A stretch of DNA of 57,769 nucleotides from a virus (lineage: Duplodnaviria > Caudoviricetes): the IMG/VR virus record IMGVR_UViG_3300006754_000018, positions 1 through 57,769 of that record; one strand, 5' to 3'. The translations under genes and the position numbers were made by a program. The first letter of the stretch is position 1. Each line of letters opens with the position of its first letter. Shown one piece after another: positions 8,297-15,687 of the stretch. Below the pieces are notes generated by a model. It searched no databases and was not told the origin of the DNA. It saw only the letters and a list, made by a program, of their open reading frames with translations.

Positions 8297-8355
8297 AGTA
8301 TGACACAGAATCACCCAAAAATCAAGCGGTCTTGTGACACTTTGTCAAGTGTCTC
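8297..8355 (-). promoter_or_regulatory. Early promoter: palindrome (8334-8355) plus TG-n-CATACT
   Basis: GTGACACTT-TGTC-AAGTGTCTC. Confidence 0.7.
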
Positions 8356-8539
8356 ACTTAACCTGTTGTGTTCCTTTTCTTTTGTTAGTCTGTACTTTCT
8401 TACTTCCCCGATCAAAACAATCTTGTAGTTCCTCAACTGCATCAACGTTTGCTTCATCTTTCTCTTCAGAATAGAAGAACAGTGCTTCACTCAAGAGGTT
8501 GTATTGTTGGTTGGTTAGTTTTAAATTAAGTTGGTACAT
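8354..8539 (-). CDS. Hypothetical protein
   Basis: ORF track, coupled to upstream gene. Confidence 0.65.
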   Translation of the reverse strand: MYQLNLKLTNQQYNLLSEALFFYSEEKDEANVDAVEELQDCFDRGSKKVQTNKRKGTQQVK

Positions 8540-9144
8540 TACTTCAATGGAATGTTAAATGCCATAATAGTTCTTCTCACCTCTGATTGATTATTTGGTG
8601 CCTCATGTAATAACATAGAAGGGAACATAAGTATATCTCCCTCCTCAACTTGAGGTGTTGCATCTGAATAAAATCCAGTCCAAGGATCAACATAAGGTGA
8701 GTAGAATTTAGCGCCTAAATGATAGTTTGGATCAAATTCAAGATACAAACAACATGACACATTTCCTACTCCATGATTATGAGCACCATGATAGTGCCCA
8801 TTATCATAACTTTGTGACCATAATTGCCAAGGTGATTCTTTAGGAGTACATAGTAAATGTTTTCTCTCTTCTGAATCATAACCCATTGGAGGTGGAACTA
8901 ATATATCACCTTGATTAAAGATGTCATTAAAATCATCTTTAAGGATGTCTATCCAGTCTTCAAAGTAACTAGGATTGCCCTTTTCAGTATAGAAATCAGT
9001 ATGAACTGTATCTCCAGATTGTAACACACCATCATCAGAAAAGTCAAGTAGTGACAACAATTTGGGTTTCTTTTCCTCCCAATTTGTTATACTATACTTA
9101 AAAATGTTGATTTGAAATATAGGTGCAAGTGAAATTTGATTCAT
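8539..9144 (-). CDS. Putative 2OG-Fe(II) oxygenase (TIGR02466-like)
   Basis: HNH...EGDILMFPSMLLH...RTIMAFN motifs. Confidence 0.85.
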   Translation of the reverse strand: MNQISLAPIFQINIFKYSITNWEEKKPKLLSLLDFSDDGVLQSGDTVHTDFYTEKGNPSYFEDWIDILKDDFNDIFNQGDILVPPPMGYDSEERKHLLCTPKESPWQLWSQSYDNGHYHGAHNHGVGNVSCCLYLEFDPNYHLGAKFYSPYVDPWTGFYSDATPQVEEGDILMFPSMLLHEAPNNQSEVRRTIMAFNIPLK

Positions 9145-9300
9145 TTCTTTTTCCTCTGTATCCTATCTTTTTTTCTTAATGGTGTCTTTCTACCAGTCTT
9201 TAATTCTTTCTTCAACTGTCTAAGGTACTTCAAGTGTCGTTTGAGTGGATAAACCATAGACTCTAAATCTTTTTGAGTCCGTTTATCATCTCTATTCACA

Positions 9301-9528
9301 TTACTCTATTTCCTCCCATATAATGTTACTTAGGTCATCAATCTTCCAGTCAGTAATATCATCCATAAAGAACCAATGAGGTTGTTGTTCCTCATCAACT
9401 GTCATTTCTGACAGTATTGCTTCAGCATCTTCTAGTCTCAATTCATTAACTAATTCTTCCATTCGCTGTGCATATTGTGTCTCCACATTGTTAATGCAAT
9501 TGTCACGAATCTTGTCAATTTGTTTCAT
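9301..9528 (-). CDS. Hypothetical protein
   Basis: ORF track 9301..9609; likely start MKQIDKIR. Confidence 0.6.
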   Translation of the reverse strand: MKQIDKIRDNCINNVETQYAQRMEELVNELRLEDAEAILSEMTVDEEQQPHWFFMDDITDWKIDDLSNIIWEEIE

Positions 9529-9697
9529 GTTACTGAATAAGTTTGGATGGACGTTGTTGTAATTTAAAGTAAGTTTCTTGCTTAGTGTAAGAAGAACCAT
9601 TGTAATCACTGTTACCTACATTAACAAATACTGTCAATACTATTGCAATCATTGTTAATGAGGCAAACCAGATTACACTTGAATTGTTGTTATCCAT

Positions 9698-9928
9698 TCA
9701 CTCTACCTTCCAGTGTTCATTACCATTAACGGGAACCCAAAAATAGTATTCCCTTGTTAATGCTTTGAGGTTGATATATTTAATACCATCCTTAATCTGT
9801 TCATTTATGACAGTACATGTATGGAATTTATCCATCATGTTTGTAAAACGATCCTCTGCACTATTTGTTAGTGGAGTCACGCAAACTCGTTTGGTTTTAG
9901 TCTTAACTGTCATCAATGAACCTGACAC
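9698..9928 (-). CDS. Conserved cyanophage hypothetical protein
   Basis: VCVTPL...RF.N.M...YYFWVP motif; downstream of promoter. Confidence 0.7.
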   Translation of the reverse strand: MSGSLMTVKTKTKRVCVTPLTNSAEDRFTNMMDKFHTCTVINEQIKDGIKYINLKALTREYYFWVPVNGNEHWKVE

Positions 9929-9935
9929 TGTATAT

Positions 9936-9992
9936 ACATTAACACAGATTCAGTACAATGGAAATGTTATGTGACAGTTTCTTAACCGTCAT
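9936..9992 (-). promoter_or_regulatory. Early promoter: palindrome (9971-9992) plus TAATGT
   Basis: GTGACAGTT-TCTT-AACCGTCAT. Confidence 0.65.
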
Positions 9993-11218
9993 TTTCTAAC
10001 TTGACTTACTACTGGTTCTCCTTTATCAAAGATAGTATTAACGACAGTTTGTAACCTTCTCTCTGTACTTATACCAACGTTATTATACACTGGTACGAAC
10101 ATTTTACCAAATGGTTTCTTATAATTATCGAAATCACATGGTTTTAAGTTACCACTATCAATGTTCTTGATGTCCTCTTTATGTAGTCTAATTACACGAC
10201 CTATAGTTTGGGTCATGGTAATATAGTCAAGGTTTCTCATAAGAATACATGCAGTTAATCCACTGACACTAATACCTTCAGAGAGAATTGAGTGGTGAAA
10301 CATGATAAACTTCTTATCAGGATTTGCACCCCATTCATTCATAATCTTGAAGAACTTATCCCTAGAAACTTTAACTCCGTTGATGATTGCACCATACTTA
10401 GATGTTATCCACAGTACATTATATTTCAATGCGTGACATTTAAGTTGGAAGTCAGTTTGTGTGAGTAAGTTACTAATATCTCTAGTAGATTTCGCAGTAA
10501 CTAACACTTTATCCATGTTATCTTGTGTCTTCAAGACATCAATTAACATCTGATTATCCCTGACATGAGTATCACCAATGTGGTCAGAATACTTCATTGA
10601 TTTAACTTGAGGTGGTATAATATACCCCTCATTGATAAGTCTTGGTGCAGGAACTTGTACTATTTCTTTACCAAATATCGGTTCAAAGTTCATCCCTACT
10701 TTATTAGGAGTGAGGGAATGTTTAGGAGTTGCAGTAAAGAAGTAACAACGATTTGACTTCTCTGATAGAGTCTGAACTGGTTCAATAAAGTTTCTTTGAA
10801 CACTGTTATGTGACTCATCAAAGTATATTGTATCAACATCAATGTATGACTCCACTATTCTCCTAAGAGAATGATATGTGGTAAAGATTAACTTATGTCC
10901 TCTAGTTCCTTTGTTCCAGAAATATATCTCTTCAACTTTTGTAGTAGATTGATGATTAGTCTCTCCACTATGTACATGCAAAACAGACACATTCTTGAGA
11001 ACTTTCAAGAATTCAGTAGAAAGTTGTTCTGCAAGTAGGATGCGAGGTGCAACAACTACAATTGTTTTGTTACTCCCAGATCCCAAATTAAATAGGATAC
11101 GTTCTGCATCCTTTATCATACATAGAGTCTTTCCACCACCAGTAGGGACTATGATTTGTCCCTTGTTAGTGTGTCGCATGACCTCTATGACTTCTTTTTG
11201 GTGTGTTCTAAGAGTCAT
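9989..11218 (-). CDS. SF2 DExH-box helicase (ResIII-like)
   Basis: Walker A PTGGGKT, DESH, TAT, QTIGRVIR. Confidence 0.9.
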   Translation of the reverse strand: MTLRTHQKEVIEVMRHTNKGQIIVPTGGGKTLCMIKDAERILFNLGSGSNKTIVVVAPRILLAEQLSTEFLKVLKNVSVLHVHSGETNHQSTTKVEEIYFWNKGTRGHKLIFTTYHSLRRIVESYIDVDTIYFDESHNSVQRNFIEPVQTLSEKSNRCYFFTATPKHSLTPNKVGMNFEPIFGKEIVQVPAPRLINEGYIIPPQVKSMKYSDHIGDTHVRDNQMLIDVLKTQDNMDKVLVTAKSTRDISNLLTQTDFQLKCHALKYNVLWITSKYGAIINGVKVSRDKFFKIMNEWGANPDKKFIMFHHSILSEGISVSGLTACILMRNLDYITMTQTIGRVIRLHKEDIKNIDSGNLKPCDFDNYKKPFGKMFVPVYNNVGISTERRLQTVVNTIFDKGEPVVSQVRK

Positions 11219-11241
11219 TAAGTCTTTCGATCAATAGAATA

Positions 11242-11299
11242 ATTATAAACTAAAAAACCCCCTAGTAGGGGGTTTGGGGGACAGTTCAGAGTTCGTCCA
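11242..11299 (-). promoter_or_regulatory. Early promoter (degenerate palindrome 11278-11299 plus TATAAT) with nested terminator 11252-11275
   Basis: GGGACAGTT half-site; AAACCCCCT/AGGGGGTTT hairpin plus T-run. Confidence 0.65.
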
Positions 11300-11522
11300 T
11301 CATCTCAACCATTTCATCATGGTTGATAGTAGGATTGTCCCACTTAACCCCGTCGCCAGTGGTGGGCATTCCACCGTTCAACATACATCTGATGAACTTG
11401 ACGTAAGGGGTCTCGTCTTCGGGACAAAACTTGACACATGCCTTAGCGGTGTTGTACAAAAACTCATCATTGCCAATCCAGAGAGAAGCGTTCCAAGTCT
11501 CGTAGTTTTCCCAACCGTTCAT
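11286..11522 (-). CDS. Conserved phage hypothetical protein (MNGWENYETWNASLWIGND)
   Basis: Recognisable family motif; cassette context. Confidence 0.8.
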   Translation of the reverse strand: MNGWENYETWNASLWIGNDEFLYNTAKACVKFCPEDETPYVKFIRCMLNGGMPTTGDGVKWDNPTINHDEMVEMMDEL

Positions 11523-11547
11523 GGAGTCTCGTCGTATGTACCCCTGT

Positions 11548-11605
11548 ATTATGGCATAAAAAACCCCCTTGTGGGGGGTTTATGTGACACTATCAGAACT
11601 GGTTG
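11548..11605 (-). promoter_or_regulatory. Early promoter (palindrome 11584-11605 plus CATAAT) with nested terminator 11558-11581
   Basis: GTGACACTA-TCAG-AACTGGTTG; AACCCCC/GGGGGTT hairpin plus T-run. Confidence 0.7.
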
Positions 11606-11733
11606 AGTAGTTTGAGTGTGTCTGCATCAAATTTCTCTCTCACACCCGATGTAGGTAACCAGTCCTCTTCATTTGATTCTGTTAATGTTTCCCATGAATC
11701 ATCATTGTGAGGTAGGAACTCAAAATCTTCCAT
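11593..11733 (-). CDS. Small acidic hypothetical protein (MEDFEFLPHNDDSW...)
   Basis: Manual translation, 46 aa; sole ORF of its cassette. Confidence 0.55.
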   Translation of the reverse strand: MEDFEFLPHNDDSWETLTESNEEDWLPTSGVREKFDADTLKLLNQF

Positions 11734-11844
11734 AATATACTTCAAAGAATATAGGTGAGGAGAAACAAAACTAAGGGAGTATTCACCGAGGTGACCACTG
11801 AATAGGGGGAATAAATCCTTGCCCTTGTTTGTTTCTCCATTATT

Positions 11845-11903
11845 AATATAACAGATGTTACCTAATAATGCAAGTGGGGTTGTGACACTTATCCAACTGG
11901 TGG
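11845..11903 (-). promoter_or_regulatory. Early promoter: palindrome (11882-11903) plus TG-n-TATATT
   Basis: GTGACACTT-ATCC-AACTGGTGG. Confidence 0.7.
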
Positions 11904-12176
11904 TTCGCCTGGTTGTGCTGCTACCTGTCCTTCTAGATCAAACTTAGATGCAGCAGTATTTGATGCGTCAAGTTGATTGATTACTGCCCATGCTGCTTTA
12001 ATATCTTCTTGTTGTTTGAATAAAGCAGAATTTAACAATCCTTCCAAAGATGATATTCTCTCATCCATATTACCAACAGTTTGTGATAATACCTTCACTT
12101 GTTTGCGAAGACTATCAATACCTTGTAATTTTGCGTCTAGATTTGCTTCAGGGGAAGCAAGTGTTTCGTATGCCAT
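11889..12176 (-). CDS. Hypothetical coiled-coil protein
   Basis: ORF track, heptad pattern. Confidence 0.75.
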   Translation of the reverse strand: MAYETLASPEANLDAKLQGIDSLRKQVKVLSQTVGNMDERISSLEGLLNSALFKQQEDIKAAWAVINQLDASNTAASKFDLEGQVAAQPGEPPVG

Positions 12177-12198
12177 AACTAATCTTTAACTGATCTAT

Positions 12199-12420
12199 TT
12201 ATTGTGTAAGTTGTATGAATTTAGATGCGGATACTATTAACATAAAGGATAACATTGCCACTACATCATATGCTTTAGTTCTTACAAAGAATGGTATGCT
12301 TAATAAGCATGCTATTGCATGTAACATTGTACCATAAAATACATTTACATGCAATACAATAAAATAGGCAGATACGACCAAAACTGATCCTATCTGCCTA
12401 CTAATCGTCACTGTTCTCAT
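12199..12420 (-). CDS. Small membrane protein (about 3 TM)
   Basis: Hydrophobic segments, operon context. Confidence 0.7.
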   Translation of the reverse strand: MRTVTISRQIGSVLVVSAYFIVLHVNVFYGTMLHAIACLLSIPFFVRTKAYDVVAMLSFMLIVSASKFIQLTQ

Positions 12421-12422
12421 TA

Positions 12423-12611
12423 TTAATTGCCAGGAGGTGGTGCGTACATTTCAACAAGTAACCAATCATACTTATCAACCTTTGATTTACATGAAGGACA
12501 CTGAATTGAAGTCCAATCAAAATGATATATTTGATTTGTTACTTTACATATAGGGCAGGTAATTGGTTTCCCTTCTTTACCTGCCCTTGTGTGTTTTGTT
12601 ACTTTCTGCAT
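12423..12611 (-). CDS. Zinc-ribbon protein
   Basis: CPIC...CPSC. Confidence 0.75.
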   Translation of the reverse strand: MQKVTKHTRAGKEGKPITCPICKVTNQIYHFDWTSIQCPSCKSKVDKYDWLLVEMYAPPPGN

Positions 12612-12615
12612 ACAA

Positions 12616-13041
12616 TCACCTTAAGTAGAGATAACCACCTGCCCAGTCACAATTGGCAAGCATTGAATCACGTTGTCTGATGATTCGCATGTCATATCTA
12701 ACATGTTTCGCAGGTGATTTCCAAGAAGCAGGTTTATAAACTTCACCAGTCTCCTTATCAACAAAAGCATGAACACTTCCAACCCGACCATCATCAACCT
12801 GTACAATCTTATGATATTTCCTACCACTCTGGATGTGAAATTCCATATTAGATTCACCATCCTGTAACTTCTGGATTCTCTCCTCTAAGTATGGTGATGG
12901 TTCTCTTGAATTAGATCTCATTGCAGATCTTAATGAATAACCTCTATACTGTTCTTCAAGAGCAACACAGAGATCATTAGTCCATCTTAATACTCGTACT
13001 TTCATTTCTGCTTTAGCAGTGAGTGTGGATAATGATGTCAT
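12616..13041 (-). CDS. Conserved phage hypothetical protein (GRKYHKIV...SVHAFVDKETGEVYKPASWKSPAK)
   Basis: Recognisable family motif. Confidence 0.85.
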   Translation of the reverse strand: MTSLSTLTAKAEMKVRVLRWTNDLCVALEEQYRGYSLRSAMRSNSREPSPYLEERIQKLQDGESNMEFHIQSGRKYHKIVQVDDGRVGSVHAFVDKETGEVYKPASWKSPAKHVRYDMRIIRQRDSMLANCDWAGGYLYLR

Positions 13042-13066
13042 AAGTCATTTTCTTGATTACTTTATT

Positions 13067-13124
13067 AGTATAACCCATATTCTAGGGTTGTGACAATACT
13101 ATGTGCCACTTAATCAATTGACAC
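13067..13124 (-). promoter_or_regulatory. Early promoter: palindrome (13103-13124) plus TATACT
   Basis: GTGCCACTT-AATC-AATTGACAC. Confidence 0.7.
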
Positions 13125-13422
13125 CTATCCACACCTTAAATCCCCACCACAACAGAAAAGGTACAATCACTGCCCATAAATGGTAAAAGAGTGTTATCAA
13201 AAGAGTACCAAGTATAATCCAACCTGTTTCTGAACTAACAATACTTGTAACAAAAGGTGTTACTACATTAGGTCTATTCTCTGGAATTACATGAACATCA
13301 CTTGTACCATATCTTGCCCTTGCTTCACTTAACGCATCTTCTCTGTTAATACTTAAACTTTCAAAGGGAACATTTACCCTCCTATTAGTTTTAGTTGTTG
13401 TCCATAGTCTCCAGTTGAACAT
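13114..13422 (-). CDS. Hypothetical membrane protein
   Basis: C-terminal hydrophobic helices. Confidence 0.7.
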   Translation of the reverse strand: MFNWRLWTTTKTNRRVNVPFESLSINREDALSEARARYGTSDVHVIPENRPNVVTPFVTSIVSSETGWIILGTLLITLFYHLWAVIVPFLLWWGFKVWIGVN

Positions 13423-13425
13423 AAT

Positions 13426-14148
13426 TCACTCCATATCAGGATGTAGGAAGATTTGATTGCTCTTTCTCTTCTCGTTAAGTTCTAATTTCTGTTCTTCTGT
13501 TAATGGTTGAACATTCCATCCATAATCCCATCCACATACTGTCTCAGGCATAATGTTCATTGCAACAGTTACCCGATCATTTCCTTGGTTAGTATTATAA
13601 CCATGAAGTACATGCGATGGAAACAGAACTAAGTCGCCCTCCTTGCATTTCATTTCACCAACCTGATTATACATGGTCTTAGTCTCAAATGGCAAGGAAA
13701 TGTTAGGAACTGTTGCAAACATCCCTCCAACTGATCCCATCGCCTCTCTACTTACAAAATAAGTGTTTGCATGAGTATCATTTAAATTCACATAATATAC
13801 TCCAGTGATAACAGAATTAACATGAGTATGTGCTTCTTGTTTTCCACCCTTATCGCAAACATTGATCCAACTATCTGTTACAATCATTCCATTCTGTAAA
13901 TATTTCCCCATAACATCTTTTACAAACATTTTTGCTTGTTCTTCACACCAACTTTTCAATTCTTTAAACTTATCATCATGCAATAATGAATAGTAATCTA
14001 AATGATACAAAAAATCGCCACTTTCATTTGTATGGGGTGACCCAGACTTCACAGCGAGTTCTTTTAAAACTAGCGTTTTTATGTCTTTATGAAATGGACA
14101 TGCAATTACACCCAAAGGAGTAGGCAAAATAGGAAATACATCCATCAT
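13426..14148 (-). CDS. Putative 2OG-Fe(II) oxygenase (TIGR02466-like)
   Basis: SWIN...HTH...EGDLVLFPSHVLH...RVTVAMN. Confidence 0.85.
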   Translation of the reverse strand: MMDVFPILPTPLGVIACPFHKDIKTLVLKELAVKSGSPHTNESGDFLYHLDYYSLLHDDKFKELKSWCEEQAKMFVKDVMGKYLQNGMIVTDSWINVCDKGGKQEAHTHVNSVITGVYYVNLNDTHANTYFVSREAMGSVGGMFATVPNISLPFETKTMYNQVGEMKCKEGDLVLFPSHVLHGYNTNQGNDRVTVAMNIMPETVCGWDYGWNVQPLTEEQKLELNEKRKSNQIFLHPDME

Positions 14149-14765
14149 CTGTAGTTCTTACTCGTGCTTATTCTTTCTTTTCTCTTATCATCCATATATT
14201 CAGTTGGAAATGGAACAGTATTAAAACTAAGAGTGAATCTATCTTGATCTGTGTTATTAACTCTGCTACCATGTTCTAACCAAGATGGAAAGATAATCAA
14301 ATGATTATTCTTAAGTGCAACATCATGTTCATAATTTGTATATGGAGTTTGTGCTAAATGTGTCTCACACATTTTATATGGAGTTAATGGTGAGATTAAA
14401 TAAAAGTTACCATGATCTCCTTCTGGCAAGTCCCAATAAAATGCACCACTAAGTACACTTCCCTCGTGTCTATGTCTGTGAGTAAATCCACCTTTAGGAA
14501 GTATATTGTACCACGAACCACTCAACATAGCATCCCAATATCCAGACTTCCTACAATAATCATCTAGGCAATCTTGAAGTGCAAATAACATAGGGTGTGA
14601 AACTTCATCCTGTAATGGATCCCAACCACCATGAGAACTAACACCATTAACTGCTAATGAGTGTGGGTTATTCTTACCATTCTTTTTAATATGGTCAGTA
14701 AAGTCTTTAAGATTTGGATGAGTAGAGAGATCATATTCTTCTACTAATGTTGGAAATAAATTCAT
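14145..14765 (-). CDS. Putative 2OG-Fe(II) oxygenase (TIGR02466-like)
   Basis: SWYN...HRH...IIFPSWLEH...RFTLSFN. Confidence 0.9.
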   Translation of the reverse strand: MNLFPTLVEEYDLSTHPNLKDFTDHIKKNGKNNPHSLAVNGVSSHGGWDPLQDEVSHPMLFALQDCLDDYCRKSGYWDAMLSGSWYNILPKGGFTHRHRHEGSVLSGAFYWDLPEGDHGNFYLISPLTPYKMCETHLAQTPYTNYEHDVALKNNHLIIFPSWLEHGSRVNNTDQDRFTLSFNTVPFPTEYMDDKRKERISTSKNYR

Positions 14766-14767
14766 AC

Positions 14768-15271
14768 TTACAAATAAACAAAGTTACCTATGATTCTACG
14801 ATTAGCATTAGTACATGTTGTACCACCATGTCTATATCTGTTTGGAAATATTATACATCTATTCGCCTTACTCTCTACCCTAGTACCATCATCAAAATAT
14901 GTATAACCATCATTGTCATTCATGTATAAGACACAAATATTAAGATTAACTGGTTTATCATCCTGATCTATTACATCATAGTGTAATGGTGACTGTACAA
15001 TCTCCGATGTCTTAGGTGTAGCATTAAACTTTACTCTTGTTAATCCCAATGGACTCAGGTGTGATACCACTGGTCTTATATGTTCCCAATAATCTGAACA
15101 CGGTTCGCAATCAGAATAGAACATATGAGAGTATTGAGGACATCCATCATAATCAATGGTACTATCACTATGAAACCAAGGCAATCTCTCACCCAAGAGA
15201 AACTCTTGAAGTTTTAAGAATATATCCTCAGGCAAGAAGTCATCATATAGAGTTACACTTTGATCCATCAC
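14768..15271 (-). CDS. 2OG-Fe(II) oxygenase
   Basis: HYD...NRCIIFPNRYRH...RIIGN. Confidence 0.85.
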   Translation of the reverse strand: MMDQSVTLYDDFLPEDIFLKLQEFLLGERLPWFHSDSTIDYDGCPQYSHMFYSDCEPCSDYWEHIRPVVSHLSPLGLTRVKFNATPKTSEIVQSPLHYDVIDQDDKPVNLNICVLYMNDNDGYTYFDDGTRVESKANRCIIFPNRYRHGGTTCTNANRRIIGNFVYL

Positions 15272-15277
15272 TCTATA

Positions 15278-15469
15278 CTAACCCCTTCTAATCTTAATGT
15301 CAAGGACATCCATCGCCTTATTCATATATTCAGAGGTATCCACAGTGGCATCTATTTGATTCTTGTCGTGGTCGTCACGATGTTTAAGATAGTTTTGATC
15401 GGGTCTCTTAGTTGGATCCAATATTATACTATCAATCTGTTTTACTATCTCCTTCATTACCCTTCTCAC
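15278..15469 (-). CDS. Hypothetical protein
   Basis: ORF track. Confidence 0.5.
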   Translation of the reverse strand: MRRVMKEIVKQIDSIILDPTKRPDQNYLKHRDDHDKNQIDATVDTSEYMNKAMDVLDIKIRRG

Positions 15470-15626
15470 TTTCTATTACTTGTAACATTTCCAAGGCACC
15501 TTGTACTTTAAGAAACTCTTCCTTCTTTAATTCAAATTGTTTCTGTAACTCTACAATTTCTCTTTGGAGTATTTCTGCTCTCTGTGATAGAGTCTCTTTG
15601 TGGTTAGTCATTAAATTAATATGCAA
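15432..15626 (-). CDS. Hypothetical coiled-coil protein
   Basis: ORF track; ...LKVQGALEMLQ motif typical of cyanophage small proteins. Confidence 0.7.
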   Translation of the reverse strand: MHINLMTNHKETLSQRAEILQREIVELQKQFELKKEEFLKVQGALEMLQVIESEKGNEGDSKTD

Positions 15627-15643
15627 TCATAACTATTATACCA

Positions 15644-15661
15644 TATTTAGATCAATAAATA
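15644..15661. promoter_or_regulatory. Divergent T4-type late promoter motifs (CTAAATA on -, ATAAATA on +)
   Basis: 15644-15650 and 15655-15661, between divergent genes. Confidence 0.5.
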
Positions 15662-15687
15662 AGCATGTGATGTAGTATCTTCCGCAA

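Noticed and set aside
890-13124. Palindromic repeats as a CRISPR array or integron attC sites
   Set aside because: Spacing is irregular with whole genes between copies, the distance to -10 boxes is fixed, and there is no cas operon or integrase
890-13124. Palindrome as an NtcA (GTA-N8-TAC) or CRP (TGTGA-N6-TCACA) site
   Set aside because: Half-site sequence and spacing match neither consensus
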